Origin: Candidatus Bathyarchaeota archaeon
GTDB lineage: Archaea > Thermoproteota > Bathyarchaeia > Bathyarchaeales > Bathycorpusculaceae
DNA length: 64,000 nt
NCBI GenBank assembly: GCA_963707955.1
Contig: OY970176.1
Location: 1,664,001 to 1,728,000, forward strand
Direction: 5' to 3'
The notes beneath the pieces were generated by a model that saw only the letters and a program-made list of their open reading frames with translations, made no database searches and had not been told where the DNA came from. The first letter of the stretch is position 1, and every line of letters begins with the position of its first letter. Both the position numbers and the translations under genes were made by a program. Below are positions 50,747 through 59,217 of the stretch, in pieces.

Positions 50747-50959
50747 CTAGAAAATATAAACGTAAGTTGGGTGGTCGCCTCCACCAGTTCCGCCCTTCAT
50801 GCCTTTATCAAGAAAATATTTCTCCACGTTTCTCGCCATCGTTTCGCTGTCGGCTTTCCAATCCGCCCAATGCTCGGGATTACCGTGCTGCTCCTTGCGT
50901 TGTTTTGGGTCTTCAGTGATACCAATAGTCCAAAGTCTATAGGTTATAACCTTGTTATC
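50747..50959 (-). pseudogene. 5'-truncated small gene (GIY-YIG-like pattern) cut by the IS end at 50961
   Basis: ..YRLWTIGITEDPKQRKEQHGNPEHWADWKADSETMARNVEKYFLDKGMKGGTGGGDHPTYVYIF*; frame runs into the TIR without a start. Confidence 0.7.
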
Positions 50960-51104
50960 AGGTTCTGTTAACTCTTAGGCGCTTAAAGAAGTTTGTTAAC
51001 CGTCGGCGCTTTTCAATATTTATGGGCAAGACAGTTTCTGGAACGTACTGTACTAAAGCTTAGACTTATATTTTTCAGTTGTCACTACTAGATTAGGGAG
51101 TTCA

Positions 51105-51611
51105 ATGGGCGAAACAAAGGAAAGAAAAATCGCTCGAAAAAGCGTCCTCATCACACTTGGAATAATCTGCGTCGTTCTTGTGGCTGGTCTCACCGTGTCG
51201 AAGCTTATCTATGGGACAAACTTCAGTTCTTACTATGATGAGTTTGGGAATGTTTCTGTTGTGAGTCGTAGCTACAATTTTTCTCCGCCAGTATCCATGT
51301 ACAATGCTATAAAAATTGCATTGGAAAGTGACCGATGGAACGCGTCCTCGCTGAGTAACATGACAGTGTGTGCTTCCCTAGAATACTGGGAATTCTGGGG
51401 CAACTCTTCAAGCAGCGGTTCCGAATTGCTTCATTACGTGACGCAACCAGCAAACGACTACTCGCCCGTCCAAGTCAACAACACAACTTATCGATACATA
51501 TGGGACATCGTTGTTGAACCCAGTGTAGGCGCACGATCAATACCTCCTCCAGGGCTTTACTGGGTTGATGCGGCAACTGGAGAAATAGTTCCGCACGGTA
51601 TACTCGCCTAA
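51105..51611 (+). CDS. membrane-anchored secreted protein with PepSY-like C-terminal motif (cargo)
   Basis: N-terminal TM segment, many sequons, YWVDAATGEIV. Confidence 0.8.
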   Translation: MGETKERKIARKSVLITLGIICVVLVAGLTVSKLIYGTNFSSYYDEFGNVSVVSRSYNFSPPVSMYNAIKIALESDRWNASSLSNMTVCASLEYWEFWGNSSSSGSELLHYVTQPANDYSPVQVNNTTYRYIWDIVVEPSVGARSIPPPGLYWVDAATGEIVPHGILA

Positions 51612-51755
51612 AGAACGAAGTTTCACAATCCAAGATGCCTTTGGTTAACATGGACAAAACTTTATCCATAAAAGCGCCTAAGACTTAACAGAACCCTTTA
51701 TCAGGTTCTGTAAACTTATCGGTTGGTATTTTTCCGAGAACCCAAGGGTTTTCTG

Positions 51756-52010
51756 TTATTGAAGATTTTTGAAGGCTTTAAGACATTGGTTCAGTTTACT
51801 GAGATAGTAACCAGCGATGCTTAGCAATATGAGAGCTACGATAAAAATTAAGACTTTTAAAGAGGTCTGGTCAGAAGGAAGCAGATAGCCTAGTACGATA
51901 AGAGCTATGGCACCAGCAAATAAACCAAAACATGACGCAAGACAGAATTGAAGATCAGCATTAAGTTGCGCTATCTTTATCTGTAATTTTCTATCCACAT
52001 CATCCGTCAA
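51756..52010 (-). CDS. small 2-TM membrane protein (cargo)
   Basis: Two hydrophobic helices. Confidence 0.7.
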   Translation of the reverse strand: MTDDVDRKLQIKIAQLNADLQFCLASCFGLFAGAIALIVLGYLLPSDQTSLKVLIFIVALILLSIAGYYLSKLNQCLKAFKNLQ

Positions 52011-52146
52011 ATTCTCATGTCCAATGGACGATGTTCGTTTCTGTTTGCTTAAGCATTTCGCTAGGATGAGCCGATAGATGATTTTTCTTCTGTGATTGAC
52101 CTTCTGAGAATAACCTTATATTGCAATAAGCATAAACGGCTTTCTC

Positions 52147-52757
52147 ATGACAGCGATCCCGCTTTTGACAAGTTGGGCGGATGTGATTCTGATAATTCTT
52201 TTTGGTATTCCGACGGTTATAGGAGTTTACCGTTTTTTCTTATCAAGCCTAAACTCAAAATCGAAGATTGCCACACGGGAACAGATGAGAGTAATCCAGA
52301 CTTACAAGATTGCTCTTTCTATCTTCACAATGCTGGAAAAAGAACAGCTATTGGTGTCAGAATCAAGTTTAAAATAAATCAAAAATTGCCTAAAAGACCG
52401 AAACCGCCGAAGCTTGTACATGAGTTTGGAACTTTAAATCCCAATTTTCCACAGATGCTTACGCCTTTTGATCTTGATCCTGATGAAACAATTTTAGTAA
52501 GAGTATGCGAAGTGACAAAAGACCAACGTGCCATTTTCCAACTTTTTCGAGATGATCAAGTGTTCAGGATGCCAATGCTTTCTCTGGAGAGCGGACGCAA
52601 ATATGAATTGCTTTTCCGATTCGTTGGTAGAAACTTCTCAGATAGAAAAGTGTGGCATCTTTTCCTTGATCTTAAACATGAAAAACCAATGTTTGCTTTA
52701 ATTTCTAGAAACGTATTCTCCCAATATTTGTCTGACCACCTCAGGGACAGAGGCTAG
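52147..52757 (+). CDS. membrane-anchored protein (cargo); frameshift in a T-run near 52235
   Basis: MTAIPLL..TM..VYRFFL joins the frame IKPKLKIE..LHNAGKRTAIGVRI. Confidence 0.6.
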
Positions 52758-52835
52758 TTTTCGTTTTTTTCTTTCCTTTTCTAGGGCATCTACCATTTCT
52801 TGTGTCATCGATACCATTATTTTTTTCATAGGCAT
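52698..52835 (-). CDS. ribbon-helix-helix (CopG-like) protein, 45 aa, divergent from the transposase; not in ORF track
   Basis: MPMKKIMVSMTQEMVDALEKERKKRKLASVPEVVRQILGEYVSRN*. Confidence 0.85.
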   Translation of the reverse strand: MPMKKIMVSMTQEMVDALEKERKKRKLASVPEVVRQILGEYVSRN

Positions 52836-52843
52836 TCTGAATC

Positions 52844-52910
52844 ACTACCGATAGATACCATTAGCAACCTTTATATTTAAGACTTGCTATTATACCATTA
52901 GATACCAATA
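52844..52910. promoter_or_regulatory. divergent promoter with 10-bp direct repeats GATACCAwTA flanking a TATA box (candidate RHH operator)
   Basis: GATACCATTA 52854, TATACCATTA 52891, GATACCAATA 52901, plus GATACCATTA 52810 and degenerate 52844; TTTATATTTAA at 52870. Confidence 0.65.
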
Positions 52911-52921
52911 GGTGTAGCAAC

Positions 52922-54070
52922 ATGATGACTGAAAACGGAAGAATGGTTCGAGGCTTCGCAATAATAGCCCAACACCAACAGATAGAACAAAAAGAAGCCC
53001 ACACATTCAAGGTGAAAAGTCAATCTGGAAACGGTCAATACGTTGTAACCAACGGCAAAGAATGGGATTGCACTTGCCCAGACCACGCATACAGAAAGGT
53101 TGTTTGTAAACACATTTTTGCCGTTCGCTTTTGGATAAGCCTCAAAGACAAAATTGACAATGCAGATGTTTTCCAGCTTTACAGAGAATTTTCAGAGGCT
53201 TCCACATGCAAGTTTTGCGGTTCAATCAACATTATCAAATGGGGTTATCGCAAAAACAGAAACGTGAAAACTCCGAGGTTCAAGTGCAAAGATTGCGGTC
53301 AAAGCTTCGTTGTTGATGAGGGGTTCGCTAGGATGCGGTTCGATCCCAAAATCGTTTCGTTAGCTCTAGACCTTTATTTCAAGGGCATAAGCCTCAGAAA
53401 GATAGTTGATCACATCAAGCAGTTTTATGGCTTGGACATTAGCCAAATGGGAGTTTTCAAGTGGTTGCAGAAGTATGGAAGAATCATTAACGCTTACGTT
53501 GATCAGCTTGAACCAGAATTGTCAAGAGTCTGGAATACGGATGAAATGAAAATCCGCTGTGGTGGAAAATGGCTCTGGTTATGGAACGTCATGGACAATT
53601 CGACCAGATACTTACTTGCGTCTCATGTTTCTGAAGGCAGAGAAGCTTCAGACGCAAGGCAAGTATGGGCAAAAGCAAAGGAAAAGGTTGGACATAACCC
53701 AGAGGTTGTTGTAACAGATGGTTTACGCTCATACGTTGAAGCTTTCAAAAAGGAGTTTTGGACTCTGAAGAATCCGAGAACAAAGCACATGGCAAACGCT
53801 GGAATAAGAGCAAGAGCCAACAACAACGTCATTGAAAGGTTGCATGGCACGATCAGAGAACGAGACAAGGTTATGAGAGGTCTAAAGACAGAACGTACAG
53901 CAAAAACAATGACAGAAACGTACAGAACATATTACAACTGCATAAGACCTCATCAAGCTTTAAATGGGAAAACTCCGGCACAACAAGCCAACATAAAGTT
54001 AGAGCTAGGAAAGAACAAATGGCTTGGATTAATCACGGCAAGCATTCGAAAAACAGAATCACATAGTTAG
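52922..54070 (+). CDS. IS6-family DDE transposase with N-terminal SWIM finger and Zn ribbon
   Basis: CTCPD..CKH (SWIM), CKFC..CKDC, WNTDEM..W.W.W..MD, VVTDG..Y, NNVIER.H; intact ORF. Confidence 0.93.
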   Translation: MMTENGRMVRGFAIIAQHQQIEQKEAHTFKVKSQSGNGQYVVTNGKEWDCTCPDHAYRKVVCKHIFAVRFWISLKDKIDNADVFQLYREFSEASTCKFCGSINIIKWGYRKNRNVKTPRFKCKDCGQSFVVDEGFARMRFDPKIVSLALDLYFKGISLRKIVDHIKQFYGLDISQMGVFKWLQKYGRIINAYVDQLEPELSRVWNTDEMKIRCGGKWLWLWNVMDNSTRYLLASHVSEGREASDARQVWAKAKEKVGHNPEVVVTDGLRSYVEAFKKEFWTLKNPRTKHMANAGIRARANNNVIERLHGTIRERDKVMRGLKTERTAKTMTETYRTYYNCIRPHQALNGKTPAQQANIKLELGKNKWLGLITASIRKTESHS

Positions 54071-54379
54071 CAAAGCAGAGAGCAATACAACCATTTCTAG
54101 GATCATCAAGAACAGACCAATTACGGACCACTTTGCCAGCAAACTTACATAAGATAAAACTTCCTTTTTTCTTCCATAAAGACTCAGGATACACAATGGG
54201 GCTTCTATGACGAAGGTGATCGCCACAATAAAGAAACCAAATTTGAAACCGCCAGAAAGTTTTCCAACATTGCTCCATAAGCCAAAGAGTATCGCAAAAA
54301 CAATGGCAAACATGGTAGAAGATGTATTTAGAGAAATCTCCGCAAGTTTATGCCAATGGGTTAGTTCTTTCTCACTCAT
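54059..54379 (-). CDS. small 3-TM membrane protein (cargo)
   Basis: Three hydrophobic helices. Confidence 0.7.
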   Translation of the reverse strand: MSEKELTHWHKLAEISLNTSSTMFAIVFAILFGLWSNVGKLSGGFKFGFFIVAITFVIEAPLCILSLYGRKKEVLSYVSLLAKWSVIGLFLMILEMVVLLSALLTM

Positions 54380-54389
54380 CTGATACGAC

Positions 54390-54836
54390 CTAGAAGGATA
54401 TGTTGATAGAATATGTGGACTTCAGCACTTGCAGTTTGTACAGTTCTACCTTGATCGTATAAAGTCCATGATCAGGAACATTGCTCTGCCAAACTATGAC
54501 GTACTCGCCAATTGGAACATTTATCCGTGAAAAATTAGCGATGGACTGACTCACTAAAGTTATGCTGATGTTTAGGACATAGGCACCTAATGAATAAGAA
54601 GGTCCAAACAAGGGAGAAATCAAAGACTTGCTAGGGGTGTCAACCCAAACATTTTGTATATCGTCTGAGTAGCCTATCTGAATGTGGATGTCTGTTTCTT
54701 TAAAGATGGGAATGATGAAAAAAATCGTCAAAGTAACCATGATCGCAAGTAGAATAGGTAACCAATTCGACCGAAATACCGACAATTGTCTGCTTCCTTT
54801 CTTATCTTCTAGTTCACCTCCTTCCACTTTTATCAC
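54390..54836 (-). CDS. membrane-anchored beta-rich protein (cargo)
   Basis: Single N-terminal TM segment, Ig-like C-terminus (GLYTIKVELY). Confidence 0.7.
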   Translation of the reverse strand: MIKVEGGELEDKKGSRQLSVFRSNWLPILLAIMVTLTIFFIIPIFKETDIHIQIGYSDDIQNVWVDTPSKSLISPLFGPSYSLGAYVLNISITLVSQSIANFSRINVPIGEYVIVWQSNVPDHGLYTIKVELYKLQVLKSTYSINISF

Positions 54837-54863
54837 TTTCCGTTAGCGAAAAATAGAGGTGTT

Positions 54864-55076
54864 TCAAGATGAGAAGTTTCGGCGGTTCCAACCTTCTTTG
54901 CGAACAACGAATTTTATGTCCTTTCTAGGACTGAAAGCCCTTTGCAGACTTCTTGCCCTTTTCTGGGCTTGTTTCTTAGTGCGGAAGTGTGTTCCAGCAA
55001 CAATTCTGACGGGACTTCTTCCCTGTTTTCTCACAACAAGATAAGGCTTAGACGAACCGCGTCTATGATAACTCAT
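54864..55076 (-). CDS. small basic protein (cargo)
   Basis: MSYHRRGSSKPYLVVRK..HFRTKKQAQKRARSLQ.. Confidence 0.5.
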   Translation of the reverse strand: MSYHRRGSSKPYLVVRKQGRSPVRIVAGTHFRTKKQAQKRARSLQRAFSPRKDIKFVVRKEGWNRRNFSS

Positions 55077-55187
55077 TAAGGGTTCACAGAAGAAAAATCG
55101 CAATTGTGCATAGGACTCGTTTTTTGGAGAGTTGCAACCGTGGAAATCCTATTTAGCACAGAGAGGCTATGTACATAGGGGAAAGAA

Positions 55188-55895
55188 TTGGTCGATGATC
55201 GGAAGAATGTAGCAAACGAGAAGTCAGTAAACAAGTTTCTGCTTGAATTTCATCCTCAGTTTCTAAAAGCCATAAGAGATGTCTATCCGCTAGGAGTTCT
55301 AAGCTCACTGTCAATGACAATAGCTGCATTCATAACCTCATTCGCGAAGGAATCACTTGCCCTCGCACAGACATACGCTATTGCTGCCTCGCTCATGTTT
55401 TTAGCTGCCTTTTCAATCTCTCTGATTTTGAAATTGTTTCTTGCATTGGAGAAAAATGACGAAAGCCCATCTTTAGGGCTATACGCACTTATCTCTTACA
55501 TATGCACTGGTTCAGGGATAGTCTTTCTATTCCTCACGATCACCCAATTTTGGTCTGTGCTTTCCGTAGCTAGAGTCATTATCCCAGTTTTTGCGATTCT
55601 AGTAATTGGAGTGTTTCTATTGCCACTTCCTAATATACTGAATACAGCCAAAACCTTTAACCGAAAAAGTGTCTTGGTCTTGGGTTATGTAAGTGTAGTC
55701 TGCTATTTTCTCATCGTTTTTTGTATTCTCATTGGCATACTGGCATTATATGGCATAGTCTTACCTTTTTCTGCATTGTGGGTTTATTTGCTTGCGGGAA
55801 GCCTATTTCTAGGCTTGTTCTGCGTTCTCGTTATATTAGTCCTAGGCATCATACGGCTATTCAGGAGAAACAGGCAGTCACCAACCGAAAAGTAA
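55188..55895 (+). CDS. multi-pass membrane protein (cargo)
   Basis: About 6 hydrophobic segments. Confidence 0.75.
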   Translation: MVDDRKNVANEKSVNKFLLEFHPQFLKAIRDVYPLGVLSSLSMTIAAFITSFAKESLALAQTYAIAASLMFLAAFSISLILKLFLALEKNDESPSLGLYALISYICTGSGIVFLFLTITQFWSVLSVARVIIPVFAILVIGVFLLPLPNILNTAKTFNRKSVLVLGYVSVVCYFLIVFCILIGILALYGIVLPFSALWVYLLAGSLFLGLFCVLVILVLGIIRLFRRNRQSPTEK

Positions 55896-56018
55896 CATCT
55901 CCATGACAGATAAGTTTACGGTATCGGCTCGGAAATATACCAACCGATAAGTTTACAGAACCCTTTATCATTAAGTTTAATAGTTTGTCCGTGCATAAAA
56001 CGGGAAAGGCGTTGTCGT

Positions 56019-56636
56019 ATGGAAAAGCAAGCGCAGAATGGTTACATGTTCATTCCAGGGGCCACAACTGTCGGCGTAATCTTCAAAGAGGGTGTTATTC
56101 TGGCCTCTGAGAAGCGGGTTTCCTATGGTTATCTGATTGTGAGCAAAACAGGGAAGAAGGTTTTCAAACTCACGGACCACATAGGCGCGGCTTGTGCTGG
56201 ACTGGTTTCAGACATGCAGGTTCTCATCAGAGAAGTCGAAGCCTACGCAAACCTGTTTAACCTGGATGTTGGCCGACCCATATCGGTCAGATCGGCCGCT
56301 AAGTTCATGTCAAGTCTACTCTTCAACCGTCGGTTGGCACCTCTCATCACGCAGACAATCGTCGGGGGAGTGGACAAAGAGGGTCCATCAATCTACTCGC
56401 TGGACCCACTGGGTTCAGTGCTTCCGGACAAGTATACGGTCGTTGGGTCAGGAACAGAGATTGCGATGGGAGTCGTTGAGGAAGGATACAAGGACAACAT
56501 GGAAATGGATGAAGCGAAGGGCCTAGTCATGAGGGCAATGAAATCTGCCGTGAGCAGAGACATAATGAGCGGAGACGGGATAGACTTTCTGATAATAACT
56601 AAGGATGGAATAAGCGAAGAATCCGTGAAATTTTAG
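56019..56636 (+). CDS. psmB: proteasome subunit beta
   Basis: PGATTVG, ASEKR, AGLVSDMQ, GSGTEIAMG, RDIMSGDG. Confidence 0.95.
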   Translation: MEKQAQNGYMFIPGATTVGVIFKEGVILASEKRVSYGYLIVSKTGKKVFKLTDHIGAACAGLVSDMQVLIREVEAYANLFNLDVGRPISVRSAAKFMSSLLFNRRLAPLITQTIVGGVDKEGPSIYSLDPLGSVLPDKYTVVGSGTEIAMGVVEEGYKDNMEMDEAKGLVMRAMKSAVSRDIMSGDGIDFLIITKDGISEESVKF

Positions 56637-56712
56637 ACCTTCCATTCTCAGCAAGATTTAAACTTTGATCTCTGCACACTAGTATTCTCCGTGAAGCAGG
56701 GAGTATTCAAAA

Positions 56713-57357
56713 TTGTCGTTTCAGCTTAGCCAGAATGAAGGCAGTTTTCTCGTGAAGCTGGCACGGAAGGCCGTTGAAGACTATTTGAAAACTGGGAAAC
56801 ACACCAAGATCCCGATGGGCGTCTCAGAAGAACTGCTAAAACCATGCGGGGTCTTCGTTACCATAAACAAGCTTGAGGGTGACCAGAAAGCTCTCAGGGG
56901 ATGCATTGGCTTTCCGTACCCGACGACGTCGCTGGTTGAAGCAGTTGTAGAGTCTGCGATAAGCGCGGCAACTCAGGACCCAAGGTTTCCACCCGTTTCT
57001 CTTGATGAACTTGATCACGTTGTCTTCGAGGTAAGCGTGCTCACACCTCCTGAGACAGTGGAGGTGAAGAATCCGAAGGAATACTGCGCCCAGATCAAGG
57101 TGGGCGAAGACGGTTTGATCGTTGAAAGAGGCGTCTGCAAGGGGCTGCTCCTGCCTCAGGTGCCTGTCAAATGGGAATGGGATGAGGAGACTTTCTTGTG
57201 TCAATGCTGCCTCAAGGCTGGCTTACCTCCAGATTCTTGGCTTGTGAAAGGCACGAAGATTTACAAGTTCAGTTCCATCATTGCCGAAGAGCTTTCACCG
57301 AAAGGCGATGTGGTGATGGTAGATATGCGAAAGAAAACAAGGACCAAGCAGCTCTAA
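56713..57357 (+). CDS. AMMECR1 family protein (TIGR00296)
   Basis: GVFVT, LRGCIG, DPRFPP, EVSVLT, GLLLPQV, C.KAG. Confidence 0.95.
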   Translation: MSFQLSQNEGSFLVKLARKAVEDYLKTGKHTKIPMGVSEELLKPCGVFVTINKLEGDQKALRGCIGFPYPTTSLVEAVVESAISAATQDPRFPPVSLDELDHVVFEVSVLTPPETVEVKNPKEYCAQIKVGEDGLIVERGVCKGLLLPQVPVKWEWDEETFLCQCCLKAGLPPDSWLVKGTKIYKFSSIIAEELSPKGDVVMVDMRKKTRTKQL

Positions 57358-57438
57358 AGCCCTGCGCGCAAAGTGTTTCAATTGCTGTTAACGCAGAAAA
57401 TTGTCGTCATAGAGAAAACGTGAGAGACAAGATGTGGT

Positions 57439-57774
57439 CTACACGTATTTCTTGTCCCTGTCACACCACCATCTCTGGTATTGCTCAATGTACCGTAACG
57501 GCCCGCCGCACGTGGGGCAGGTCTGCGCCGTCCTCTGTGTCTCTTGAACTTGGGCTCGTGCAGGCTTCAACACTATGAAGTCTCCTGCAGCTTGGACTTC
57601 TTCCCACGATATGTCTCGACCTTCACCTTTCTTTCCCTCAACGCGCAAAGACAAGCCCATCTTGCCAACCACGAAAGCTACGTCTTTAACGGTTCCGACA
57701 GAACGACCATCAGAATCTACAACCGCCATGCCGACGAGCATGTCCTTGGTGACGGCCTTTTCCTGTTTGGCCAT
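57439..57774 (-). CDS. PRC-barrel protein with C-terminal Zn ribbon
   Basis: LVGMAVVDSDG..VGTVKDV..ISWEEV..GDFIVL; CPTCGG. Confidence 0.85.
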   Translation of the reverse strand: MAKQEKAVTKDMLVGMAVVDSDGRSVGTVKDVAFVVGKMGLSLRVEGKKGEGRDISWEEVQAAGDFIVLKPARAQVQETQRTAQTCPTCGGPLRYIEQYQRWWCDRDKKYV

Positions 57775-57975
57775 ACTTATCCTCCTTTTCGTTGGTAAGT
57801 GCGTGTGCACAGCTTAATAGTTTTACCTAAACGCTCTGCGAGTCCCAAAAAAGTTAAGAATCGCTCGGCATCATTTGCGCTTAGTGGCGCATCTTTACGT
57901 CTTCGACTTTCAATAAGACTCTCAGGCTGGTCTTTGATAAACAACCATTGAGAGAGGAAATGGAGCGCAAGGCTG

Positions 57976-59170
57976 TTGATGGGAAGTAGCGGTATGAAAG
58001 TCTATTTTGCTCCTAATGGGATCGGTTTGGGACATGTTGGAAGATGCGTGCCTGTTGCGAGGAGGCTCAGGGAAAATGGTGCTGAAGTGGTTTTTTCAAC
58101 TTATCGGGAAGGGATAGGATACGTTGAGCGCGAGAATTTTCCACTGATAAAGGCTCCTCCTATCGGGTTCCAAGTTAAACCAGACGGGAGCGTTGATTTC
58201 ACGCAGACTGCGATCAATCCGGGCCCGTTTTTGGCCACGTTCACTCTTCTAAAACAGCTCAACGCAGAAATCAGAACGATTGAGGGTTTCAAGCCTGATG
58301 TCGTTGTTTCAGACTCGCGTGCCTCACCTTTGCTGGCGGGGAGACTTTTGAGGGTTCCCGGAATCTGCATACTAAACCAGTTCCAGCCTATAGTTCCAAG
58401 GAGAAAGCGTCTTTTACTTTTGTCAAGGTTCGCAGACGCAGTTACGTTGACTCTTGTTGGTAAAATTTGGACAGGCGGAAACACAGTTCTAATCCCGGAT
58501 TTTCCGCAACCATACACGATATCAATCGGCAATCTCACCATCCCAAAACCCTACCGAAAAAATGTAAAGCTTATAGGACCGATACTCCCGACGAAGCCAG
58601 AAGAATTACCGGCTAGAGAGGAAATATGCGAGAAATTGAACCTGCCAACAGACAGGCCAATAATATTTGCCGCAGTGAGCGGCCCAACGGCAGAGAAGGC
58701 TTTTGTAACCGGAGTTCTGAGAAGAATCCTGCTGGAGTTTCCAGAAGATTATGAAATCATATTGTCCCTTGGCTATCCAAGCGCGGACAGCAAGCCTATA
58801 CGCCATGGTAATGTTACGATTTACAAGTGGGTTCCTAACCGTTTTGAATACTTGAAAGCGTGCGACTTGGTCATAGGACGCGCAGGACATGGAACGATAA
58901 CTCAGTGTATGTGCTATGGCAAGCCCATGATACTCGTACCTACACCTGGTCACACCGAGCAGATCAGTAATGCAAAGCAGGCAGAGAGTATCGGCGTTGC
59001 AAAAATTGTCTTACAGAATCGCTTGAGCAGAGAAAAACTCCTGCAGAACGTCAAAGCGACTTTGCAGGGTAAAATGGTTGAGAGAGACTGCAGAGGTTCA
59101 AGAAGAAGTCCTGAAGTATGACGGATTGGAAAACGCTGTTCAGAACGTGATTGAAGCGGCTGGAAAATAG
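57976..59170 (+). CDS. glycosyltransferase family 28-like; probable frameshift near 59085
   Basis: GIGLGHVGR, PDVVVSD, IGRAGHGTI, P..GHTEQ..NA; alternative frame gives ..LQEVQEEVLKYDGLENAV.. Confidence 0.88.
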
Positions 59171-59217
59171 AAGACTGCAACAAGTGTTTTAAGCCTAATA
59201 GTTGAGAACTTAGAAGC

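Larger units (their letters stand above)
50622..51695. mobile_element. non-autonomous IS6-type cargo element A (26-bp TIRs), with a second internal left end at 50961
   Basis: GGTTCTGTTAACTCTTAGGCGCTTTT at 50622; 25/26 inverted match at 51670-51695; no transposase inside. Confidence 0.88.
51704..55962 (+). mobile_element. autonomous IS6-family cargo transposon B (4259 bp, 35-bp TIRs)
   Basis: GGTTCTGTAAACTTATCGGTTGGTATTTTTCCGAG at 51704; 34/35 inverted match at 55928-55962; CTTTATCA on both sides; central transposase. Confidence 0.93.

Noticed and set aside
50614-51740. Recurring TTATCAGGTTCTGT as a CRISPR array
   Set aside because: Spacing is irregular (hundreds of bp), copies occur inverted, and they are explained as transposon ends; no cas genes in the window.
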